From Somniosus microcephalus (Eukaryota): a stretch of DNA of 64,000 nt. Location of the stretch: NCBI GenBank assembly GCA_052327205.1, contig CM126222.1:68014001-68078000 (forward strand), given 5' to 3'. The position numbers were made by a program, and so were the translations under genes. A model generated the notes under the pieces. It saw only the letters and a list, made by a program, of their open reading frames with translations. It had not been told where the DNA came from and did not search any database. Below are positions 35,136 through 47,030 of the stretch, piece after piece (position 1 is the stretch's first letter; the number at the start of each line of letters is the position of its first letter).

Positions 35136-35277
35136 GTCAAAATACTAAAATAGATATGCATTAAATGTACCTGTTCATTAATGACCCCATTTACATAAGC
35201 TGCATTCATTTCTGATCACATGCTGTTTTGCTAAAATATTAAGTTTGATTAATGTTTTCTTTTTTTTTGTCACTTAG

Positions 35278-35347
35278 ATTGCTACATATGTGAAGAGTTC
35301 TTGAAATCTCCAACCTCTATTTCCCACGCAGACCTTGCTGTAACCAG
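35278..35347 (+). CDS. ASPSCR1: ASPSCR1 coding exon, (D)CYICEEFLKSPTSISHADLAVT(S)
   Basis: Long T-tract + tag acceptor, AG|gttcgt donor. 70 nt, keeping frame between the neighbouring exons. Aligns to human VYLEPGLLEHAISPSAADVLVAR. Confidence 0.85.
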
Positions 35348-35714
35348 GTTCGTACCTTCAGTGCAGCCAAATTTGGACTTGGACCTGTATATTAACCCAT
35401 GGATAGTTGTGGAAATATTTACATTAGTGTACTTTTTAAAATACAATTACAGTGCTTTGGATTCAGTGAATATTCTATCATGTTGTATACTTCGATAATT
35501 AGACTTTTGTAATGCGCTTTATAATATCACAAGCCATTTGCTTGCAAGGCGGCTTAGTTTGATAACATGCTGTTATGTAGAATGGTTGCGCAAGAGACTA
35601 ACCATAAGTGAGCTCATGATCTTAACATGCACTCGCTCACATTTTTTTCCCTCTCTCACGTTCTCTTACTCATTCTCTCATGCACACTCTAATGCTTGCA
35701 CTCTTATTCAATCG

Positions 35715-36945
35715 TCTCTTTCTCTCCCTCTTTTAGTCTCTCCTTCGCTCTTTTCCTCCCTCTCCCTCTTTCTCTCTCTCTTCCTCGCTCTCTTACTCTC
35801 TTCCTTGCTCTCTTACTCTCTTTCTCTCTCCCTCGCTCTCTTTCTCTCCCCCTCGCTCTCTTTCCCCCTCGCTCTCTTTCCCCCTCGCTCTCTTTCCCCC
35901 TCGCTCTCTTTCCCCCTCGCTCTCTTTCCCCCTCGCTCGCTTTCCCCCTCGCTCGCTTTCCCCCTCGCTCGCTTTCCCCCTCGCTCGCTTTCCCCCTCGC
36001 TCGCTTTCCCCCTCGCTCGCTTTCCCCCTCGCTCGCTTTCTCTCTCTCTCTCTCTCCCTCCCCCTCGCTCGCTTTCTCTCTCCCTCCCCCTCGCTCGCTT
36101 TCTCTCTCTCTCCCTCCCCCTCGCTCGCTTTCTCTCTCTCTCCCTCCCCCTCGCCCGCTTTCTCTCTCTCTCCCTCCCCCTCGCTCGCTTTCTCTCTCTC
36201 TCCCTCCCCCTCGCTCGCTTTCTCTCTCTCTCCCTCCCCCTCGCTCGCTTTCTCTCTCTCTCCCTCCCCTCGCTCGCTTTCTCTCTCTCTCCCTCCCCCT
36301 CGCTCGCTTTCTCTCTCTCCCTCTCGCGCTCTTTCTCTCTCGCGCTCTTTCTCTCGCGCGCTCTTTCTCTCGCGCGCTCTTTCTCTCGCGCGCTCTTTCT
36401 CTCGCGCGCTCTTTCTCTCGCGCGCTCTTTCTCTCGCGCGCTCTTTCTCTCGCGCGCTCTTTCTCTCGCGCGCGCTCTTTCTCTCGCGCGCGCTCTTTCT
36501 CTCGCGCGCGCTCTTTCTCTCGCGCGCGCTCTTTCTCTCGCGCGCGCTCTTTCTCTCGCGCGCTCTTTCTCTCGCGCGCTCTTTCTCTCGCGCGCTCTTT
36601 CTCTCGCGCGCTCTTTCTCTCGCGCGCTCTTTCTCTCGCGCGCTCTTTCTCTCTCGCGCGCTCTTTCTCTCTCGCGCGCTCTTTCTCTCTCGCGCGCTCT
36701 TTCTCTCGCGCGCTCTTTCTCTCGCGCGCTCTTTCTCTCGCGCGCTCTTTCTCTCGCGCGCTCTTTCTCTCGCGCGCTCTTTCTCTCGCGCGCTCTTTCT
36801 CTCTCTCTCGCGCTCTTTTTCTCTCTCTCCCTCTCCCGCTCTTTCTCTCTTTCCCTCTCTCTCTCTCCCTCTTTCTCGCTCTCCCTCTCTCTTTCTCCCT
36901 CTCACTCGCTCTCTCTCTTCCCCCCCGCTCGCTCTCCTCGCTCCC
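35715..36945. repeat. Polypyrimidine/CT-rich compound tandem repeat with a central (CTCTTTCTCTCGCGCG)n block
   Basis: Directly visible succession of units: CCCCCTCGCTCTCTTT, CCCCCTCGCTCGCTTT, a 30-bp unit, then a 16-bp CGCG unit. Confidence 0.95.
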
Positions 36946-38209
36946 TTCCTATTGGAGGAAGAAGTAAATTGCAAGTATCGCCCATTTACCAAATACCATG
37001 TAATGGGAGGTTGCTGTTTTCTAATCAGAGTAAGGAATTGTGCAGGAAGGTTGTGAAGTGAATAATATGTCATTTAAAAGTTGCCATGATCACTGCACAC
37101 TGTAGGTGGAGAGCCTTATGGGATAGAAGGCATGAAGTAGCCTGCTCAAATATTCACAACATTATCGAAATGTGAGGAATTATTTCCTGTGGCAAAATGG
37201 ATGACTTGGCCAACACTGAATGATGAAATGCCACGTGTATCCTTAGTGACAAATTGAGATGTATGCTACAATTTTATTGGTTACTAGATCTACCAGTGGG
37301 CAGCAGTCCACCAAATCCTTTGTGTTTTCTTCTTTGCATGCTCCAGAATACTTCGTAAAATATACAACTTGCAGATTGCATCCGCAGTAGGTTTACTCGG
37401 AGTCTGTCTCACCATAAATATTTCATTGACTGACATGCCAGAACCTTGCAATCTCATTCCCACTAATTAGGGAATGAGATTGTTGGAACAATTAAACCAA
37501 CAGGAATTTAAAATGAATGAATGTATCATTGCTCCTAGCACTATAGGCATTGTAACTCCTTTTGATTTCATTATTCAGGTCCACAATGAACTGGTAATTT
37601 TGCTGTTAACATTTAAATGTGGTTTTGTTCTTTGTTTTACTAACTGGGAAGCTGATACACTGTTGGAATTTGTAACCCGCACAAGTGGAAGTTGATTGTG
37701 CAAGGCGTTGAATGCATATTTTTACAGGTCACTTAGCTGAGCATATTTATCGTGTTTTAAGTTGTCCAGGTATTGAGTTGTTTCAGTACAAGGCAAAGGC
37801 ACAGTCAATTCTTTTCAGCCAGTTGATTTTTCTAACAAAGAATACTCCAACCGAAGATGCCTTTATCAATAACTTTTCCACAGTTGCTAATTGATCTTAA
37901 AAGTGAAAGGGATAAAGGACTAGATTAAATAGGTCACCGATGATACAGGACCACAATCAAAAATAACAAAACAAAATTTGCTCAAAAGAGGCTTTACACT
38001 CCATCCTGTCTATACAGGGTGTTCACCTGCAAAATAAATTGGGAGATTAGAAGGCGTTCAGTATAAACACGCATAGTATTTCTTCCTGAAATAGCCTTCA
38101 TACCCATTTTAAGTTTGAAGATGCAATTGTATTTCAGAATGCAGCTGTGAAAGAACTACTTTAAGGGCAGTGGCTGTATGCATGTCATAATTTGTCTTTC
38201 AAAGACATA

Positions 38210-38414
38210 CTTTTTCCCCTTCAAGTATTCAGCCAATTCCCTTTTGAAAGTTATTATTGAATCTGCTTCCAACACCCTTTCAGGCCGTGTATTCCAGATC
38301 ATCATAACTTGCTGTGTAAAAAAATTTTCCCCTCATCTCTCTTCTGGTTCTTTTGCCAGTTACCTTAAATCTGTGTCCTCTGCTAACTGACACTTCTGCC
38401 GCTGGAAACAGTTT
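38210..38414 (-). mobile_element. CR1 3' fragment
   Basis: Similar to 17445-17620 (ccaattcccttttgaaag...ccttaaatctgtgtcctctg). Confidence 0.75.
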
Positions 38415-38951
38415 ATAAATCATTGGTTAGGCCTCAGTTAGAACATTGTGTGCAATTCTGGCACCACACTTCAAGAAGGATGTGAAGGCCTTGGCGAGGG
38501 TGCAGAGGCGATTTACCAGATTGATACCAGAGAGGAGAGATTTTAGCTATGTGGGGAGACGAGAGAAGCTGGAATTGTTCTCTTTAGAGCAGAGCAGGAG
38601 ATTTAATAGAGGTGTTCAAAAATATGAGGGGTTTTGATAAAAGATGGGGAGAATCTGTTTCCACTGCAGGACAGCCAGTAATCGGAGGACATAGATTCAA
38701 GATCATTGGCAAAATTTGAATTTTTTTTTTACTTGGCGAGTTATGATGATCTGGAATGCACTGCCTGGAAGTGTGGTGGGAGCAGATTCATTAGTCATTT
38801 TCAAAAGGGAATTGAAGATATACTTGAAAAGGAGAAATTTGCAGGGCTATGAGGGGAAAAAGCCGGGGAGTGGGACTAATTAGATAGCTCTTTCAAAGAA
38901 CCAGCACAAGCACGGTGGACCAAATGGCTGCCTTCTGTGCTGTATGATTCT
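38415..38951 (+). mobile_element. CR1 3' fragment
   Basis: LVRPQLEHCV...APHFKKDVKALARVQRRFTRLIP...LELFSLEQ; tail ccttctgtgctgtatgattct. Confidence 0.85.
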
Positions 38952-39219
38952 AACTCGCTTGGTTCCAAGAACAACTATTGGTGACAGCTATGTGTCTGCA
39001 AACTTTACACACTTTCAAAGACGGGGAGACTTTCTAATGTAGTTAACATGTGATGACATCTTTCCAAGGGACTGGCTTGACTAGAAAACCCCCACAGAAA
39101 TGTATATATTCCTAGATAGTATTTGTGTATTACTTTAATCCAGACATCCAGGCAAAGAACCTCCTTTTTAAAAAAAAAAAAAACTAATGTTAATACTTGA
39201 ACTCATGAATTCAACCAGC

Positions 39220-39688
39220 AGTGGCTCAGTGGGCAGCGCTCTCTCTCTCTCACCTCTGAGGCAGAAGGTTGTGGGTTCAAGTCCCACTCCAGAGACTTGA
39301 GCACAAAACTCTAGGCTGACACTCCAGTGCAGTGCTGAGGGAGTGCTGCACCGTCGGAGGTGCCGTCTTCCAGATGAGACATTAAGCCGAGGCCCCGTCT
39401 GCTCTCTCAGGTGGACGTAAAAGATCCCATGGCACTATTTCGAAGAAGAGCAGGGGAGTTATCCCCGGTGTCCTGGCCAATATTTATTCCTCAACTAACA
39501 TCACTAAAACACATTATCTGGTCATTATCACATTGCTGTTTGTGGGAGCTTGCTGTGCGCAAATTGACTGCAGTGTTTCCTACATTACAACAGTGACTAC
39601 ACTTCAAAAAGTACTTCATTGACTGTAAAGCGCTTTAGGACATCCTGAGGTTGTGAAAGGCGCTATAGAAATGCAAGATCTTTCTTTG
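39220..39688 (+). mobile_element. Near full-length SacSINE1-like DeuSINE
   Basis: A-box tggctcagtggg, B-box gggttcaagtccc, Deu core, L2-derived tail. Confidence 0.9.
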
Positions 39689-39911
39689 ACTTTCTTTTCA
39701 ATCTCTTGGACTATCTAAAGGTAGAAAAAACCCACAAATATTATGAGACGTAGGACAGAGCTCTTGCTACCATCACAAGCATCATGCTTTTTTAATTAGA
39801 TCGTAGCCTTGTAACCACTCCCTGGTATTACGTGTAAATTAGCTAAGCTAACTTGTATCACCATTTTTCTGTCTAACCATAACCTCATAGTCTGCATAAA
39901 CAACTCAGATT

Positions 39912-40928
39912 GTCATAGTGTCATAACGAAACAGAAGGAGGCCATTCGGCCCATCGAGTCCGTGCCGGCTCTCTGTAGAGCAATCCAGTCAGTCTCATTC
40001 CCCCGCTCTATCCCCGTAGCCCTGCAAGTTTATTTCCCTCAAGTGCCTATCCAGTCTCCCCTTGAAAACACTGAGTGTCTCCGCTTCCACCACTTCCGTC
40101 AGCAGCGACTTCCAGGTCCTCACCACTCGCTGCGTAAAAATGTTTTTCCTCACGTCCCACCTGTATCTCTTGCCCAAAACCTTAAATCTGTGTCCCCTAG
40201 TCCTTGTACCATCAATTAGTGGGAACAGCCTTTCCCCGTCTAGCCTATCCAAACCCGTCATAATCTTGTACACCTCTATCAAATCACCCCTCAACCTCCT
40301 TTGCTCTAATGAAAACAAATCCAGCTTCTCCAACCTGTCCTTGTAGCTAAGATCCCCCATCCCCGGAACCATTCTGGTAAATCTCCTCTGCACCCTCTCG
40401 AGGACCTTCACATCCATCCTAAAGTGTGGTGACCAGAACTGGACGAATGACTCCAGTTGTGGCCTAACCAGCGCTTTATAAAGGTTCAGCATAACTTCTC
40501 TACTTTTGTACTCAATACCTCTATTTATGAAGCCCAAGATCCCATATGCTTTGCTAACCACTCTCTCAATATGTCCCGCCACCTTCAGGGACCTATGCAC
40601 ATTACCTCCCAGGCCCCTCTGTCCCTGCACACTCTTTAAAACTGTGCCATTAAGTGTATATTGCCTCTCCCTGTTCCTTCTGCCAAAATACATCACCTCA
40701 CACTTCTCTGTATTAAATTCCATCTGCCACTTGTCTGCCCATTCTGCTAGCCTTTCTATGTCCTGTTGCGGTCGATTGGTATCATCCTCACTGTTTGCCA
40801 CACCCCAAAGTTTGGTGTCATCGGCAAATTTAGAAATTGTACTCTGTATTCCAATATCCAGGTCATTTATATATAAATATATATATATATGTATTGAAAA
40901 AAGCAGTGGCCCCAGCACTGACCCTTGT
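39912..40928 (-). mobile_element. CR1 LINE, 5'-truncated, with an uninterrupted ORF2 C-terminal part
   Basis: 307-aa ORF LGPLLF...ISKFADDTKL...WQMEFNTEKCEV...RGDLIEVYK. Confidence 0.95.
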
Positions 40929-42363
40929 GCAGATTTTGAGGGGTGGGATTTGCTCCTCTTGATATAACTGCCTCTTCTCCTGTGTAGTCAACTCAACTGG
41001 ACAAGCAGCTGTCTGTTTTCTCAATGAGAGAAAGGAGATGTAATGTGTGAATTATACAAGTAATAGGGAATGAATTCTGGACAGGCAGCATGAATATCCA
41101 TCATTTCTTTGGCATATGTATTTTTCAGCCCTTGTGGCTGTGCTGTTGATTATGCTGCCCTCAGAATAACTTGGAACTGCATGCAGAGCTATAGTTCACC
41201 CCAACGTCCGAGATTCTAGTTTTTTTTAACGGTATATGGTCATCTTGTGTGGCGCGCTGGTGCAGAAAGCAGAGTAAGAGGATGCAGGTTCTCATTTGCA
41301 GCCATCCTGTCTTTAGGACATTTTGGTGGCTATGCAATCTACCCCCCCCCCCCCCCCGCCCCAACACAAAAAATTGAAGAGAGTCTCCTTCTGACTCTTG
41401 CAGCAAATTATCTCATGGGTGCATTGCCAGAGGCCAGGAGCAGGCTGTTCACTCGTTCTCTCAGCTGGGGACGGTGAAAGAATGAGGGTAAGAGGAGCGA
41501 TTTGTTTTTCCCCTCAGAGAAATGGCTTCTCCTTGTGTTTCTCTTAAATTCCACACTCACCGTTTTGTTGCCAGTGGTCCTCAGCTGGGAATTAGAAGAG
41601 TTCATAATAGATTATTTCTTCCAGAACTTTGATATCTGGGCTGCCCTGCTTCACAGCAGCAGGCTAATCTGCCTGAAACCAGAGACAAGTGAGCTAGACT
41701 CTTGTCCTTTCTTTCTCGATAGAGCACTTAAGTTGGCAGCTGTGAGTTAACAAAACCCACATTTACAACAGACCAGTTGGAGAATCAGCATCGTTTGAGA
41801 AGCAGAGTGTGGAAATGGGCTTCTTGCTGCTTTGTTATTGACACCCTTGGTAGTTAAAGGTTTTTCATTGATGCAAACTGCATCAAAAACACCTTATAAA
41901 TATGGGTGCATCAAAGGTAACTTTTGTTTCTTCACAGTACACAAGCACAGCAAGTATGTTAGCACAAGTCACACTGTGAGCAATTCTTAGTCCGCTCAAC
42001 AGGACCTCCTGCTTATATTTTTCAGGAAGTCTTTTAGCAGGAGAGCGTCAAATACTGTCAACAGTCAGGTGACATGTGCATGTGGTGTCATGCCAGGTCA
42101 GATCGAGAAACCAGGGCAGCTGAAGAAACGAAGGCCAGCAGGAAGCAGTTTGTGATTAGCGGACTGGCTTTTGTCTGTTTGATTTAACCCCTGCAGCTTT
42201 GAGACTCTCTGATCAGCTAATTACCTCTGGGTCACAAAGTCCCCTTTGTTCATGGTGGTTGGGTTCTGATAGAACCCTGCATGGGTCTGAAAGGACTCTT
42301 AAGCTTGAAAGTGGTGTCCAAGTTGTGTGCAGTTCCTAATGATTCATTCTCCATCCTCTTCAG

Positions 42364-42542
42364 CTGTATTCCCAGACTTGCAACCCCTTCAACTAGTTCA
42401 TTGACTTCCGAAGCGGCACTTCAAACCCCTGCTAAGGGTGAGGAAGAGGATGAGGTGAGGAAAGAGCCTGTGACAAATGCAGCAAGTTCTAAGCCAGTTC
42501 AAACTGACCCGAGTAAAGTTCCCAAATGGCTCAAAATGCCAG
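42364..42542 (+). CDS. ASPSCR1: ASPSCR1 penultimate coding exon, CIPRLATP...DPSKVPKWLKMP
   Basis: ccatcctcttcag acceptor, G|gtaagt donor, 179 nt in frame. KVPKWLKMP matches the human TUG C-terminus KVPKWLKLP. Confidence 0.93.
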
Positions 42543-42659
42543 GTAAGTCGGACTCGTTTTATTGTAATATTTTAAGCTCGAAAACTTTTTTAAAAATGCA
42601 AAAGCACAGGAAACACTTTTGAATAACTCACTTGCTGTGTCTCTCTCTCACTCTCGCTT

Positions 42660-45600
42660 TCACTCACACAGTTGTGTACTCTTCCACTCACAGTTGTGTA
42701 CTCGTCCACTCGCACAGTTGTGTCCACTCGCACAGTTGTGTACTCTTCCACTCGCACAGTTGTGTCCACTCGCACAGTTGTGTACTCTTCCACTCACACA
42801 GTTGTGTACTCTTCCACTCGCACAGTTGTGTACTCGTCCACTCGCACAGTTGTGTACTCGTCCACTCGCACAGTTGTGTACTCGTCCACTCGCACAGTTG
42901 TGTACTCGTCCACTCGCACAGTTGTGTCCACTCGCACAGTCGCGCACTCTTCCACTCGCACAGTCGCGCACTCTTCCACTCGCACAGTCGTGCACTCGTC
43001 CACTCGCACAGTCGTGCACTCGTCCACTCGCACAGTCGTGCACTCGTCCACTCGCACAGTCGTGCACTCGTCCACTCGCACAGTCGTGCACTCGTCCACT
43101 CGCACAGTCGTGCACTCGTCCACTCGCACAGTCGTGCACTCGTCCACTCGCACAGTCGTGCACTCGTCCACTCGCACAGTCGTGCACTCGTCCACTCGCA
43201 CAGTCGTGCACTCGTCCACTCGCGCACTCGTCCACTCGCACAGTCGCGCACTCGTCCACTCGCACAGTCGCGCACTCGTCCACTCGCACAGTCGCGCACT
43301 CGTCCACTCGCGCACTCGCGCACTCGTCCACTCGCGCACTCGCACAGTCGCGCACTCGTCCACTCGCACAGTCGTGCACTCGCGCACTCGTCCACTCGCA
43401 CAGTCGCGCACTCGTCCACTCGCGCAGTCGTGCACTCGTCCACTCACACAGTCGTGCACTCGTCCACTCGCGCACTCGTGCACTCGCACAGTCGCGCACT
43501 CGTCCACTCGCACAGTCGCGCACTCGTCCACTCGCACAGTCGCGCACTCGTCCACTCGCACAGTCGCGCACTCGTCCACTCGCACAGTCGCGCACTCGTC
43601 CACTCGCACAGTCGCGCACTCGTCCACTCGCGCAGTCGCGCACTCGTCCACTCGCGCAGTCGCGCACTCGTCCACTCGCGCACTCGCCCACTCGCACAGT
43701 CGCGCACTCGTCCACTCGCACAGTCGCGCACTCGCACAGTCGCGCACTCGTCCACTCGCGCAGTCGCGCACTCGTCCACTCACACAGTCGTGCACTCGCA
43801 CAGTCGCGCACTCGTCCACTCGCACAGTCGCGCACTCGTCCACTCGCACAGTCGCGCACTCGTCCACTCGCACAGTCGCGCACTCGCACAGTCGCGCACT
43901 CGTACAGTCGCGCACTCGTCCACTCGCACAGTCGCGCACTCGTCCACTCGCACAGTCGCGCACTCGTCCACTCGCACAGTCGCGCACTCGTCCACTCGCA
44001 CAGTCGCGCACTCGCACAGTCGCGCACTCGTCCACTCGCACAGTCGCGCACTCGTCCACTCGCACAGTCGCGCACTCGTCCACTCGCACAGTCGCGCACT
44101 CGTCCACTCGCACAGTCGCGCACTCGTCCACTCGCACAGTCGCGCACTCGTCCACTCGCACAGTCGCGCACTCGTCCACTCGCACAGTCGCGCACTCGTC
44201 CACTCGCACAGTCGCGCACTCGTCCACTCGCACAGTCGCGCACTCGTCCACTCGCACAGTCGCGCACTCGTCCACTCGCACAGTCGCGCACTCGTCCACT
44301 CGCACAGTCGCGCACTCGTCCACTCGCACAGTCGCGCACTCGTCCACTCGCACAGTCGCGCACTCGTCCACTCGCACAGTCGCGCACTCGTCCACTCGCA
44401 CAGTCGCGCACTCGTCCACTCGCACAGTCGCGCACTCGCACAGTCGCGCACTCGTCCACTCGCACAGTCGCGCACTCGTCCACTCGCACAGTCGCGCACT
44501 CGTCCACTCGCGCACTCGTCCACTCGCACAGTCGCGCACTCGTCCACTCGCACAGTCGCGCACTCGTCCACTCGCACAGTCGCGCACTCGTCCACTCGCA
44601 CAGTCGCGCACTCGTCCACTCGCACAGTCGCGCACTCGTCCACTCGCGCACTCGTCCACTCGTCCAGTCGCGCACTCGTCCACTCGCCCAGTCGCGCACT
44701 CGTCCACTCGCACAGTCGCGCACTCGTCCACTCGCACAGTCGCGCACTCGTCCACGCGCACAGTCGCGCACTCGTCCACGCGCACAGTCGCGCACTCGTC
44801 CACGCGCACAGTCGCGCACTCGTCCACGCGCACAGTCGCGCACTCGTCCACGCGCACAGTCGCGCACTCGTCCACGCGCACAGTCGCGCACTCGTCCACG
44901 CGCACAGTCGCGCACTCGTCCACGCGCACAGTCGCGCACTCGTCCACGCGCACAGTCGCGCACTCGTCCACGCGCACAGTCGCGCACTCGTCCACGCGCA
45001 CAGTCGCGCACTCGTCCACGCGCACAGTCGCGCACTCGTCCACGCGCACAGTCGCGCACTCGTCCACGCGCACAGTCGCGCACTCGTCCACGCGCACAGT
45101 CGCGCACTCGTCCACGCGCACAGTCGCGCACTCGTCCACGCGCACAGTCGCGCACTCGTCCACGCGCACAGTCGCGCACTCGTCCACGCGCACAGTCGCG
45201 CACTCGTCCACGCGCACAGTCGCGCACTCGTCCACGCGCACAGTCGCGCACTCGTCCACGCGCACAGTCGCGCACTCGTCCACGCGCACAGTCGCGCACT
45301 CGTCCACGCGCACAGTCGCGCACTCGTCCACGCGCACAGTCGCGCACTCGTCCACGCGCACAGTCGCGCACTCGTCCACGCGCACAGTCGCGCACTCGTC
45401 CACGCGCACAGTCGCGCACTCGTCCACGCGCACAGTCGCGCACTCGTCCACGCGCACAGTCGCGCACTCGTCCACGCGCACAGTCGCGCACTCGTCCACG
45501 CGCACAGTCGCGCACTCGTCCACGCGCACAGTCGCGCACTCGTCCACGCGCACAGTCGCGCACTCGTCCACGCGCACAGTCGCGCACTCGTCCACGCGCA

Positions 45601-46052
45601 CAGTCGCGCACTCGTCCACGCGCACAGTCGCGCACTCGTCCACGCGCACAGTCGCGCACTCGTCCACGCGCACAGTCGCGCACTCGTCCACGCGCACAGT
45701 CGCGCACTCGTCCACGCGCACAGTCGCGCACTCGTCCACGCGCACAGTCGCGCACTCGTCCACGCGCACAGTCGCGCACTCGTCCACGCGCACAGTCGCG
45801 CACTCGTCCACGCGCACAGTCGCGCACTCGTCCACGCGCACAGTCGCGCACTCGTCCACGCGCACAGTCGCGCACTCGTCCACGCGCACAGTCGCGCACT
45901 CGTCCACGCGCACAGTCGCGCACTCGTCCACGCGCACAGTCGCGCACTCGTCCACGCGCACAGTCGCGCACTCGTCCACGCGCACAGTCGCGCACTCGTC
46001 CACGCGCACAGTCGCGCACTCGTCCACTCGCACAGTCGTGCACTCGTCCACT
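42660..46052. repeat. About 3.4-kb CpG-rich 24-bp tandem array (CAC[T/G]CGCACAGTCGCGCACTCGTC)n
   Basis: Roughly 140 unit-lengths, with a homogeneous block at about 44750-46025. Confidence 0.98.
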
Positions 46053-46584
46053 CTCTTACACATGCTTTCACTTGATCTATTCACCTGTTACCTTCATATT
46101 TTTGATGTTTTCTTGCCGACCCCTCTTCCCTACACCTACCCGTCTTTCACAGTCAGGGGACTGTGCTGGAGGCCTGAATCCATCTGCCAATGTTAGTTTT
46201 TGCTATCTGCTAGGAGGTATATGAGAATAGCCAGCAGTGACTATGGTGATTTTCCTTCCCTGTCTCTGGGGGAATGACTGACTGACTTCCAATTCCCACT
46301 TGCCCAAGCCCATCGGGGTGAGTGGTTCCGACCACTCCCATGGCACCCTGTGAAGAAACTATCCTGATGGAATGGCCCGTAAAATTGGGTTTCTGCTTAC
46401 TTGTTTGTTATATCTGTCAATTCACAATTGATTGCCAGTGTACTTCGACCTATAACCTGTGCTTAGTTTTAAAAGCTTGATTTTTACATTTATATTAAAA
46501 TCAATACAGAAATATTCAAAATGGGCACTGTGAACAACTTAGAATTAAGTTGACCATCTCCCCCTATTTGTATTGTCAAATAAC

Positions 46585-46984
46585 TTTTTTAAATGATTTT
46601 GGGGATGTGGGCGTCGCTGGCAGGGCTGGCGTTTCTTGCCCACCCCTAGTTGCTCTGACAGGGTGGTGATGAGCCGCCTCTCGAACCGCCGTATTGTAGC
46701 GGTTTGATACTTGAGTGGCTTACTGGGCGACTTCAGAGGGCAGTTAAGAGTCAACCACATTGGTGTGGGACTGGAATCACAGGATAGGCCGGGTAAGGAC
46801 GGCAGGGTTCCTTCACTAAAGGACATTAGTGAATCAGTTGGGTATTTATGACAATCTGACAGCTTCATGCTCACTTTTCCAGATTTAAAATAATACTGAA
46901 TACAAATTTACAAACTGCCATGGTGGGATTTGAATTTGCGTTCCCTGGCTTACTAGTCCAGTAACATAACTACTACACTACCAT
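46585..46984 (-). mobile_element. tRNA-derived SINE whose 3' tail derives from the adjacent LINE family
   Basis: Minus-strand head ggtagtgtagtagttatgttactggactagtaa...ttcaaatcccacca. The 3' ~100 bp resemble 48690-48790. Confidence 0.65.
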
Positions 46985-47030
46985 TCTCTATGTTAACGTC
47001 TGAAGGTCATGAGTTCAAGTCCCACTCCAG

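Noticed and set aside
35538-37073. ORFs of 423-507 aa (SL-rich, ER-rich)
   Set aside because: They are translations of the CT/CGCG repeat.
38210-38951. Twin-priming 5' inversion of a single CR1
   Set aside because: The two oppositely oriented pieces cover overlapping parts of the CR1 3' end, so two separate insertions fit better.
42619-46224. ORFs of 760-1200 aa on both strands
   Set aside because: The 24-bp unit lacks stop codons in every frame; these are repeat artefacts inside an intron.
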